Source: Candidatus Sericytochromatia bacterium (lineage in GTDB: Bacteria; Cyanobacteriota; Sericytochromatia; S15B-MN24; JAQBPE01). Taken from it: DNA of 55,623 nucleotides. The notes under the pieces were generated by a model. It was given only the letters and a program-made list of their open reading frames with translations, was not told the origin of the DNA and made no database searches. Positions 28,628 through 37,343 of this stretch are shown in pieces. The stretch is from the NCBI GenBank assembly GCA_040400605.1, contig JBBAPZ010000008.1:68450-124072 (forward strand). The letters run 5' to 3'. How positions within the stretch are numbered: the first letter of the stretch is position 1; each line of letters begins with the position of its first letter. The position numbers were made by a program, and so were the translations under genes.

Positions 28628-29676
28628 AGATTTTTAAACCGGCTGAATTTGGGTGTGGTGTACGCATCGTCACAACCGGCGCTTATCTGCCGGAACGGGT
28701 TGTATCGAATGCGGATCTCGTGGCCATGGGCGCCCCGCTTGATGCGGAGGAGATGGTGCGTTTGAGTGGAATCAAATTCAGACGGTGGGTGGCTGAGAAT
28801 CAAGCGACGAGTGACCTGGCGATCGCCGCCGGTCGGCAAGCACTCGCATGCGCAGGGGATCTCGCAGTATCCTTGGACCGTCTGGTGGTGGCCACGGTAT
28901 CATCCGATTACTCAAGCCCTTCGACGGCCTGCCTCGTGCACGCCGGTCTGGGCTTGCCTCGTTTGCCGGTGTTTGACCTGACGGCCTCGTGCGCTGGCTT
29001 TTTGTATGCATTGGATGCGGCGGCCCGCGCGGTTGCGACAGGCGATCGCGCCGTTTTGGCGATCGCGGCCGACGTGCGTTCACGTTACCTGGATGTCACG
29101 GATCGCGCCACGTGTGCCCTCTTCGGTGACGGTGCTGGTGCCGCCCTGTTGGCACCAGCTCCGCTCAATCAGGGGTTGATCGCCATCGGTCTGTCCGCTG
29201 ACGGCACAGGCGCTCACAGCATCTATGTTCCCGCAGGCGGCTCTCGGGAAGCAGCCAGTCCCGAAACCGTCGCCACCAGGCGCCACTGCATCCGCATGCA
29301 AGACGGCCCCCAAATTTACCTTTCCGCGGTCGAAGGGATGCTGTTGGCTGCGCGCGAGTTGCTGGACAGTGTCAGCCTTACCTTCAACGATATTGATTGG
29401 CTCATTCCCCATCAAGCCAACATGCACATACTCAAGCGCATCGCCTGGAAAGCGGGCTTGCCCCTTGAAAAGGTCATTTGCAACATTGAGACCGTCGGCA
29501 ACATCTCAGGTGCCACCGTCGCGGTGGCCATGGATGAGGCGTTGCGCGCCAAGCGCCTCAAAGCAGGCGATCGCGTGTTACTCTTGGCCGCTGGTGCCGG
29601 TTACACGGCAGGCGCGGCCCTGTATGTTGTGGATGAAGACCTATTGGCAAATGTTGGCTGTGGTGCCAACATTTGA
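28624..29676 (+). CDS. 3-oxoacyl-ACP synthase III (FabH-like)
   Basis: Cys-His-Asn triad ASCAGF, PHQAN, GNIS; LFGDGAGA. Confidence 0.9.
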   Translation: MKIFKPAEFGCGVRIVTTGAYLPERVVSNADLVAMGAPLDAEEMVRLSGIKFRRWVAENQATSDLAIAAGRQALACAGDLAVSLDRLVVATVSSDYSSPSTACLVHAGLGLPRLPVFDLTASCAGFLYALDAAARAVATGDRAVLAIAADVRSRYLDVTDRATCALFGDGAGAALLAPAPLNQGLIAIGLSADGTGAHSIYVPAGGSREAASPETVATRRHCIRMQDGPQIYLSAVEGMLLAARELLDSVSLTFNDIDWLIPHQANMHILKRIAWKAGLPLEKVICNIETVGNISGATVAVAMDEALRAKRLKAGDRVLLLAAGAGYTAGAALYVVDEDLLANVGCGANI

Positions 29677-29681
29677 TGCCG

Positions 29682-29930
29682 CTACGCCTTGGGCAGCAGA
29701 TCCTCGATGGTCGCTTGCAATGCGGAGACGGTGGACGCTTGCTGAATCACGTTATCCGGTACGCTGACGCCAAACTCGTGCTCGATGGCCACGATGATTT
29801 CGGCCACGTTAATCGACTCGGCTCCCAGATCGTGAATCAAGTGGGCCTCCGGCCGAACGCAAGTGGGGTCTTCAAGCATCAAAACGTCAATCAAAATGGC
29901 GGTGAGGCGTTCTGCAACAGACGTGGACAT
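29682..29930 (-). CDS. Acyl carrier protein 3 (GAES variant)
   Basis: DLGAESINVAEIIVAIEHEFGVSVPD. Confidence 0.8.
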   Translation of the reverse strand: MSTSVAERLTAILIDVLMLEDPTCVRPEAHLIHDLGAESINVAEIIVAIEHEFGVSVPDNVIQQASTVSALQATIEDLLPKA

Positions 29931-29940
29931 AGTTGATCTC

Positions 29941-31383
29941 CTATACTGGCAAATTGGGATGCTTGCGCGGGTGACGTATTCTGGTGGGAGACGGCCCGAT
30001 TTCTGCCAAGGTATCAATGAGCACCGCGCGGGTTTCTGACGGTTCAATGATGCGATCCACCAAACCTGCAGCCAGCGCCGCCTCTGCATCCGTTGGCACC
30101 TGTCTGAGTGCCTGGATGGATGCGTTTCGAAAATCTTTGGGTTCCGAGTGGGTTAAATGTTCTTTCCCGTGCACGATCGCAAAGGTGACTTCAGGGCCTG
30201 CGATACCGATCTGCGCGTTGGGGTAGGCATACACGCGATCGCCGCCCGCTTGACGCGCCTGCATCATCACAAAAGCACCGCCGTAACACTTGCGAATCAC
30301 CACAGCAATCCGGGGAACATCCGTATCCACCGCGTGAAAAAAAATCGCACCGGCATCCAGAATGCCCGCTTGCTCCTCTTCCATACTTACCATCAAACCC
30401 GGCACATCCACCAGGTAAACGAGCGCAAAGCCCCACGCGTTGCACAGTTGCGCAAAGCGACTGGCCTTGCGCAGTGACTGTGTATCGAGCACGCCACCGC
30501 GCACGCTGGATTGATTGGCCAGCACACCAATCGGACGACCGCCGAGTTGTGCCAGACCGCACACCAGACTTTGACCCCAATCCTTGTGAACTTCCTGAAA
30601 GCTCGCCTGGTCCACAATGGCATCAATGAGTGTTCGAATGTCATACGGGATGCTGGGTGCGCGTGGTATCAACGACTCGATTGCCACGGTTACGGGCGCC
30701 TCGAAGGGGCGATCGCCCCCCAAAAGATCCAACACCCGCCGTATATCCGCCAAACATGCCGCCTCATGCTGGGCGACAAAATGGGCAAAGCCACTTTGGC
30801 TCGCGTGCATGCGGGCACCACCCAACTCACCCCATTTCACTTGCTGTCCGGTCGCCAAGCGAATGACGGCGGGACTTGTCGTGGCCGCGTGACTATGCTC
30901 GGCAACCATCCAGTTGAGATCGGCCAGTGCCGCCAGATACGCCGCCACACCCAAACACAGCCCCATGCAAGCCGCCAGCTGAGGCACCACACCCGATAAA
31001 CGGGTCATCTCCTTAAACAGCATGCCATTGCCCGCCATCGCGTCATAGCGTTCCGTCACCCGCGCGCCGTTGGAATGCAACAATGCCACAACCGGCAACC
31101 GTTCACGCGCCGCAAGACCCAACAACGCCACAATGGTGCTCGCCTCTTTGGCCCCAACGGTGCCGCCATCAACCAGAAAATTTGTTGCATAAGCAAAACA
31201 AGGACGACCATGCACCAAACCGCGCGCGCTTGTAACTGCTTGCTCCCAAGCGGCATCCCAGTCCGGAACATTGAGCAGTTCACACGTACCGGGATCAAAC
31301 AAACCGATCAAGCGCGCCTCGAAGGATAGCTGTCCCAAACGCGCCAACTTGGCGAGGTAACGATCTTTAGGCACGTGGTTCAC
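29941..31383 (-). CDS. Acyl-CoA carboxylase carboxyltransferase (PccB/AccD-like), possibly a decarboxylase
   Basis: GGTVG, HSNGARV, LGGARMH..SG, GVLANQ, VDVPGL, RKCYGGAF, DRIIEPSETR, RKHPNLP. Confidence 0.85.
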   Translation of the reverse strand: MNHVPKDRYLAKLARLGQLSFEARLIGLFDPGTCELLNVPDWDAAWEQAVTSARGLVHGRPCFAYATNFLVDGGTVGAKEASTIVALLGLAARERLPVVALLHSNGARVTERYDAMAGNGMLFKEMTRLSGVVPQLAACMGLCLGVAAYLAALADLNWMVAEHSHAATTSPAVIRLATGQQVKWGELGGARMHASQSGFAHFVAQHEAACLADIRRVLDLLGGDRPFEAPVTVAIESLIPRAPSIPYDIRTLIDAIVDQASFQEVHKDWGQSLVCGLAQLGGRPIGVLANQSSVRGGVLDTQSLRKASRFAQLCNAWGFALVYLVDVPGLMVSMEEEQAGILDAGAIFFHAVDTDVPRIAVVIRKCYGGAFVMMQARQAGGDRVYAYPNAQIGIAGPEVTFAIVHGKEHLTHSEPKDFRNASIQALRQVPTDAEAALAAGLVDRIIEPSETRAVLIDTLAEIGPSPTRIRHPRKHPNLPV

Positions 31384-32141
31384 GCTTCGGAACCCTCTTT
31401 CACGTACATCGTTGACATGGGGTTGGCGAGATGTATGCCCCCGTTTACACGCAAACTTTCACCTGTCACAAACCCAGCTTGTTCACTCACCAGGTAATTC
31501 ACCGCGTGAGCAACCTCTTCCGGATTGCCTAAACGACGCACCGCCGAACTGAAAGCGAGCCGACGCAGCTTAATCGGGCCATGCGCCTGCAGGCGCTCCG
31601 TGTTGACGGGCCCAACCTCAACGCTATTGGCAGTAATCCCGTACGGCGAATAATCAATCGCCAAGTTTCGCAACAATGCATCCAACGCAGCCTTTGACGC
31701 ACAGTAGCCAGGCGACTGCGCCTGCCCGATAGCAGCGGCCAACGAACTGATGTGCACAATGCGCCCCCAACGCCTGTCAACCATCCCCCCCAAGACCGCT
31801 TGCAGCAGCGTGACGCCGGCAAAAAAATTGACTTCCATCACGGCCCGAACCAGCGACACACCACCTGTCAGCAACGGCTTGCGTTCTGATGGGTGGGCCG
31901 CGTTCAGCACCAAAATGTCAATCGAACCCAGTGAGGCGATCCTAGCTGGCGCCGCCTCATCCACCAAGTCGATCGCATGCGCGTGCAAGCGTTCGTGCTG
32001 AAGTGTGTCGAGTCGCTCAAGCCGCCGCCCAAGGGCGTGGACTGTGGCTCCCGCCGAGAGCAATGAACCAACGATCGCAAGCCCGATATCGCTTGTCGCA
32101 CCACTGACCAATGCGTGTCGCCCATCCAATCGATTGCTCAT
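31380..32141 (-). CDS. SDR family ketoreductase (FabG-like)
   Basis: SGATSDIG, LNAA, SS, YCASK, GPVNT, VTGESLRVNGG. Confidence 0.88.
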   Translation of the reverse strand: MSNRLDGRHALVSGATSDIGLAIVGSLLSAGATVHALGRRLERLDTLQHERLHAHAIDLVDEAAPARIASLGSIDILVLNAAHPSERKPLLTGGVSLVRAVMEVNFFAGVTLLQAVLGGMVDRRWGRIVHISSLAAAIGQAQSPGYCASKAALDALLRNLAIDYSPYGITANSVEVGPVNTERLQAHGPIKLRRLAFSSAVRRLGNPEEVAHAVNYLVSEQAGFVTGESLRVNGGIHLANPMSTMYVKEGSEA

Positions 32142-33181
32142 TGCCAGTCACTCCAATGCGCGGCACCCCAACGCATGCCTGCCCCCAACGCACTCAGTGC
32201 GATTGGGCCCTGCAATCCTCGCCGTGCTTCATGCAGCGCCAGCAGCAACGAGGCCGAGCCTGTATTGCCGTAGCGCGAGAAACATTCAAAAAGCGTCAAA
32301 CCATCAAAACGCGCAGCCACGGCCTGCACCACCGGCAACGCCATGGCATGCGGCACCCAGGCAGCCAAATCGGAAGGTGTGGTGCCGGTTTGCTGCAACA
32401 GTGTCTTAAGACTCTCAAAATAAGCCTCGGCAATGCGCTCCTTGAGGCGAGTCGGAGCTCCTTGGAACGCATACGCATCGAGTTGATCAAAACGCGGAGG
32501 CAGTGGGCCGAATACCCCGGCAGTGGCCCAGGTCGAATACTCGCCATCCAGCAATGATACAAAATTTTGGCTAGCACCAGCCTCCAGGACCAGTGCTCCG
32601 GCAGCGTCACCAACAGTTGGAAATCCTTTCAGTGTGTCCGGGTCCATATATTTGGACATCGTATCCACACCAATCACCAAAACGCGACGATAACCAGTCG
32701 TCAGCAGCACAGAGGCCAAGTGCAGGGCATAAAGACTTCCGGCACAACCGGCTTTGAGATCGAAACTCGGGCCACGATGGCCCAAGCGATCACACAAAGG
32801 CGACGTGGAAGCAATCGTCGGCAAGGTCGACGTGCTAAGCGCCAGAATGACCAAATCAATGTCTGAAATACCCAATTGCCCATCTTCCAAAGCGCATTTG
32901 GCCGCCTGCAGCGCCAAATCCACTGCATCGGGGGCTTGCGCATCCGGTTTGGCGCCAATCCAGTCACACCAATAACGCGTATGGCCGCCACTCGACGCCA
33001 TCAAGCGCGTCAACGCCGCCACCTCTCGGTCCGAAGCGGTGCCACCTGCAATGATGCGTGATACATCCGCATTGGAAATGGCTGTGTATACCCGATCCGG
33101 CCCCTGGCACTCAGGCACGGCAACACCTGAACCCCGAATTTTAAGGCTGCCTTTAATCAAGCGTGACCCGTTCAAGTCCAA
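32138..33181 (-). CDS. Divergent 3-oxoacyl-ACP synthase III family protein
   Basis: AGCAGS, GDAAGA, VPHAM, YGNTGSAS, GAGMRWG. Confidence 0.85.
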   Translation of the reverse strand: MDLNGSRLIKGSLKIRGSGVAVPECQGPDRVYTAISNADVSRIIAGGTASDREVAALTRLMASSGGHTRYWCDWIGAKPDAQAPDAVDLALQAAKCALEDGQLGISDIDLVILALSTSTLPTIASTSPLCDRLGHRGPSFDLKAGCAGSLYALHLASVLLTTGYRRVLVIGVDTMSKYMDPDTLKGFPTVGDAAGALVLEAGASQNFVSLLDGEYSTWATAGVFGPLPPRFDQLDAYAFQGAPTRLKERIAEAYFESLKTLLQQTGTTPSDLAAWVPHAMALPVVQAVAARFDGLTLFECFSRYGNTGSASLLLALHEARRGLQGPIALSALGAGMRWGAAHWSDWQ

Positions 33182-33667
33182 ACCATTCCACTTTCACAAC
33201 TAGGATACCGCTGCTGGTCAAACCAACTCTTATCTGCCACAAGGCGACCGTTGGATGGGTCACCACTTCGTTTGAGAGACGAACGTCTCCGTCATTCGCT
33301 GATACCGATTGTTATAAAGAAAAGCATTGATTGGTGATCAAACCCGGGCTGTTCTTGAACAACAGCACATAGGTGCCTGATTTTTTTGGTCTACAAACAA
33401 TTTTTAAACAGAACCCGACGCGTCACTTTATCACAAAAACTTCGACCGAAATGCCTGACGCGATGGCACGATGCCCCCTCGACCCCACAGTTACCAACGA
33501 CAACCGCAAACCAGCACGCAACGACGCCACATTATACAGTCATCATCCAGAATCAGGCGAGGGCATTTTTTGCACATGACGTGAACGCCAACGGCGAGTG
33601 TTTGACACGTCATCATCAAAAAGGGGGCATCCAACGATGCCCCCTCTGCGTGACCATGCAAAAATCG

Positions 33668-34873
33668 TTAAGGTAAAACCGCGCGATCAATCACCGAGAC
33701 GGTGTTATCCGTCATGTTTGACACATACGCCTTATGACCCCAAAAGGTCATCTTGTGGTGTCCGGCACCGGTCTGAATGGTTGCCTTCACCCGCATGGCT
33801 TCGCTGTCAATCACACTGACCGTGCCGTCATCGTCGTTGCCGACCCAGACTTCGTGCACGCCGCGCATGCCGACATGTTGCAGCGATCGCACCGCCTGGT
33901 CAGACCACTCGGGCGCCATGTAGGTGTGGACGGGACGCTTCCCGACAGGTATGCGGCCCAACACGGTTTTGGCCTCATAATCAATCACCGCGACCTCATT
34001 GGACCCTGTCATGCTAAAAAACGCTCGTTTCAGTTCGGTATCAACCGCCACGTCGCTTGGCGTCTGACCGAGGCCTGACAGACTCGTTTGGCTGCCATCC
34101 GCAAGATCAAACAATCCCACGGTATTACTGGTCTTATAACCGACCATCGCGACCGTGGGACGCCCCAATTGCTGCCCCAATGCCACGGGCCCCGGATCGT
34201 TGCCATCTTTGAGCAGTCGGATGGAACCATCATTCGTGTTTATCAACGAGGTGTGGTTGTCAGCCGAATTGGGCACCACCAGCCAGGATCCACCCGCAGC
34301 GATCGCCCGATGCTTGTGAGCCCCTCCCGCAACAGCGCCCACGCTGTACGATTTGCGGGTTGGTGCCTGGCTGCGGTCAGCATCAAACTGCAGCGCCACG
34401 ACCTGTGATTCGCCGGTCAACGAGACATACACGTCGCGATCATTGCTTGCAATCACCACTTTGTCAGGCCCCTTGCCCACCGGAACCTCCTGGACCACCT
34501 GGTGTTCGACCAGTGGATCAATCACCAGCAAAACGCCCCGCGCGGTATCCAACGCCAGCGCGTGACGACCGTCTCGAAACGCCTGGATGTAACCCGGCGT
34601 CCCGCCAGGCTTCATGGCCACGCGGGTCACCACCTCGTCGCTACGCACATCAATCACGGAGATCTGTGCCGCACCGGTATCGGCGTTGTAGACATACCCC
34701 CCAACCGTCGCGATGCCATGTGGTTTGGCGCCCACCGACACCTGCTTGTCAGCCACCAGATTGCTGGGCTGCGTCACCAGGGTGGCGCTGGTTGCGATCG
34801 TCTGACAGGCCTGCAGCATACTCGCTGACAACATGAGCGCCGTGAAATAACCCAAACGGGAAAACATCATCAT
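33668..34873 (-). CDS. YncE-like (YVTN) beta-propeller lipoprotein, His-bearing
   Basis: Lipobox LQAC; repeats VGAKPHGI, VGKGP, VGKRPVH, TVSVID; HKH and GHH motifs. Confidence 0.8.
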   Translation of the reverse strand: MMMFSRLGYFTALMLSASMLQACQTIATSATLVTQPSNLVADKQVSVGAKPHGIATVGGYVYNADTGAAQISVIDVRSDEVVTRVAMKPGGTPGYIQAFRDGRHALALDTARGVLLVIDPLVEHQVVQEVPVGKGPDKVVIASNDRDVYVSLTGESQVVALQFDADRSQAPTRKSYSVGAVAGGAHKHRAIAAGGSWLVVPNSADNHTSLINTNDGSIRLLKDGNDPGPVALGQQLGRPTVAMVGYKTSNTVGLFDLADGSQTSLSGLGQTPSDVAVDTELKRAFFSMTGSNEVAVIDYEAKTVLGRIPVGKRPVHTYMAPEWSDQAVRSLQHVGMRGVHEVWVGNDDDGTVSVIDSEAMRVKATIQTGAGHHKMTFWGHKAYVSNMTDNTVSVIDRAVLP

Positions 34874-34939
34874 CAAATCCTTTCATCAATCGACCACGAA
34901 TGGCTCATCCGATGAACCGTCGTGATCCGGTTACAGCCA

Positions 34940-35893
34940 TTAACGAACAAACTGGTAACCCAACAGGTACAAGGTCCAGTCCGTGGGTGTGTTGCTCAAG
35001 CCCAAAGGCGGGGTTGTGGCAAGCGCCACTCGCACGCCTTGGTGATCGCCAAACGCCCATTGAACACCGGGTATGATGCTCAGCCTGGAACTGGGCAAAC
35101 GGCCATCTTGCGCCACTTGCCGCCAAACACCCGTTTGACCGGCCAAAGTCAAACCGACGCGAAAGCGATCGCTTAACGGATAATTCCCAAACACCTGATA
35201 CATCAGCGACTCACCCGCATAAGACGCACCGGGGACACCCACTGCACCCCCAATGGGGCTTTGACCCCCAACACTGGTCACGAATTCGGCCTCACCCCAT
35301 CGCACCAAGGCCAACACGCCCGTTTGCACACTGAAGGTACCAAGACCACTCAAACGACTCGCATCGTCGCCACTGTAGCCCGTTGGCAAACCCAAACCCG
35401 CCCAACTACCAAACAGCCAATTGCTACCCTGATGCCAGACGTGCGTGCCCTGAAGCAAAACATCCCCAGGCGCCAACCCCATCTGAGCAGCGGGCTCAGC
35501 CGTCGGCATCAGTGCACCAAACGAACCCCAAGTCGCCTTGGACAGACGCTGGCCCACAGTCGGTAACTGAATCCCAAGACTCGTCCCGGGACGCGGGAAA
35601 AAGTAAAGCCCCAACGTGCCAGCAAGCGCCTGTACCTGACCGTCCACAGGCAAAGGAAACCACTCCCCCCGCTCATTGGCATAGCCACTGAGACTCCTGA
35701 AACTAAGGCTCTCCTGGATCATCCACCGTTGGCCCTCAGCAAACAGTCCGGCAAGCCCCCCGGTCGCACTCAAATCGCCCGTGGTGCCGCTCCCACCGCC
35801 GCAGGAACACCCCAAACAAGCCTCCGCCGGCATGGCATCAAACCAAAACCCGACCATCAACAGCGCCCAGAAGGCCAATCCCCTTCCCATCAT
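34940..35893 (-). CDS. Exported, probable outer-membrane beta-barrel with N-terminal CxxCxC
   Basis: Signal peptide AEA then CLGCSCGGG; GDVLL, GLGLPTG, C-terminal LGYQF. Confidence 0.65.
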   Translation of the reverse strand: MMGRGLAFWALLMVGFWFDAMPAEACLGCSCGGGSGTTGDLSATGGLAGLFAEGQRWMIQESLSFRSLSGYANERGEWFPLPVDGQVQALAGTLGLYFFPRPGTSLGIQLPTVGQRLSKATWGSFGALMPTAEPAAQMGLAPGDVLLQGTHVWHQGSNWLFGSWAGLGLPTGYSGDDASRLSGLGTFSVQTGVLALVRWGEAEFVTSVGGQSPIGGAVGVPGASYAGESLMYQVFGNYPLSDRFRVGLTLAGQTGVWRQVAQDGRLPSSRLSIIPGVQWAFGDHQGVRVALATTPPLGLSNTPTDWTLYLLGYQFVR

Positions 35894-36152
35894 GCTTTTA
35901 AACGCTCCTTTAATGCAGCCTTTAACCCTTACGCCACGACCTGGCGCGCGTCGATGGCCAAAATGGCCATGCGCATTTGGCCAACCATTCCCTCACCCCG
36001 TCGACAGACCATCTAAGGATGGACTGCCGTCATGCTTAGTGAGCCAGGCGACGGTTGCCACCTAGCACGGCCATATAGTCCAGGCAAGCAGAAGATGACC
36101 TGGGGCCAAGGCACAGTACCCGCGTTCGACGATTTCATCAGGCGAGACACAC

Positions 36153-37343
36153 TCATCGATCATTGAGAGCCTGGCATAACCACGCGTAGGGAATACGTTC
36201 CTGTTCCAGTCGTACACGCTCACCAAAGGTATTGTTTTGCAGGTCGTTCAGCAAGCTTTGTTCAGATGCTGACAACCGTGCCAAGTCGATCACCTGACGC
36301 TCGACAGGTTCTTGCACCCACAACGAGCGATGGGCCAACAGGGTCTCACGATCCATCAACAAGGCGCGTGTTTGAGGGAAGCATGCGCGCATTCGAGCCA
36401 GAATGGCGAAGCCGTGTGTGTCGATATCCCCCCAATAAATGATTGGGCGATCGCTCAGCCACGGTACCTCTGCCAACGCCTGGACGCCGTAGCCAAGTCC
36501 AAAAATCACCATGGAACCTGGTTGGGCCGGAAAACTGAGACCATTGATTTTGTTCTCGGTGATAAACACGCGCGCAACGGCAGGCTGATAGGCGGCAAAG
36601 TCTTGCAATGGCAAACTCAAGTCCGTTAATCCGGCTGGGGCCAACGTGCGATCCAACCATCGAAAACGAATCAAGGGTGGGTCATACCGCAAGCCCAACC
36701 AACGTTCAAAACCGTGGCCCGCAAGCCCTATCACCGTGGCATCCACAACCGAATCCGGCAACACCAGGGCAAGCAACTCACGCAAAATCGCCTTGTGCTG
36801 TTCAATAAACTTGGTATCAACGCCTTCGATGTCCAGTTCCCGCAAATAGCGCTGGGGTCGCGGTGTGCGCAAAAAAAACCCACACACCATCAACAATTGC
36901 TCCCACACCCCGGCCAATTCGAGGGCGATGAGCGGTTTCTTGTGAAGAAAAGGCTCAAGCGCGGGCAACCGCTCGCGTGTCATTCGGGTCAGGCGTTGGA
37001 ACAATTGAAAGGCCTGGCGCTTCTGCGTGATCGCCAAAAAATCATCGACACTTTCAATCAGCACCCGTTCCGGCAAGCGTTGTGCGCCAAGTTGTCGATG
37101 GGTGATGACACGTTCCACCACTTGGTAACCAGCGCCACCCTCGGCCTTGCTATCGGCGTGGAGGCGTTTGATCCACACACTCACCTCTGTGAAACGATTC
37201 ACCAGCTCGATACCACTCGGTGTTTTTAGCGGAAAATCAATCGGAAAAAGGCGCTCTCCGGTAAGCCAGGCCCGCAAAAACTGCCCGGAGGTCCAGAGCC
37301 GCATCGCCTTGGCCCGAATCTCTGCCGGCGTCATCAGGTTCAT
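36153..37343 (-). CDS. jetD: Wadjet JetD (DUF3322 + DUF2220 Toprim nuclease)
   Basis: [41 protein letters not shown]. Confidence 0.92.
   Translation of the reverse strand: MNLMTPAEIRAKAMRLWTSGQFLRAWLTGERLFPIDFPLKTPSGIELVNRFTEVSVWIKRLHADSKAEGGAGYQVVERVITHRQLGAQRLPERVLIESVDDFLAITQKRQAFQLFQRLTRMTRERLPALEPFLHKKPLIALELAGVWEQLLMVCGFFLRTPRPQRYLRELDIEGVDTKFIEQHKAILRELLALVLPDSVVDATVIGLAGHGFERWLGLRYDPPLIRFRWLDRTLAPAGLTDLSLPLQDFAAYQPAVARVFITENKINGLSFPAQPGSMVIFGLGYGVQALAEVPWLSDRPIIYWGDIDTHGFAILARMRACFPQTRALLMDRETLLAHRSLWVQEPVERQVIDLARLSASEQSLLNDLQNNTFGERVRLEQERIPYAWLCQALNDR

Noticed and set aside
35894..36152. Short ORFs and a TGGCCAAA palindrome between jetD and the barrel gene
   Set aside because: No convincing coding signal, no tRNA-Val att duplicate, and the palindrome is unassignable.
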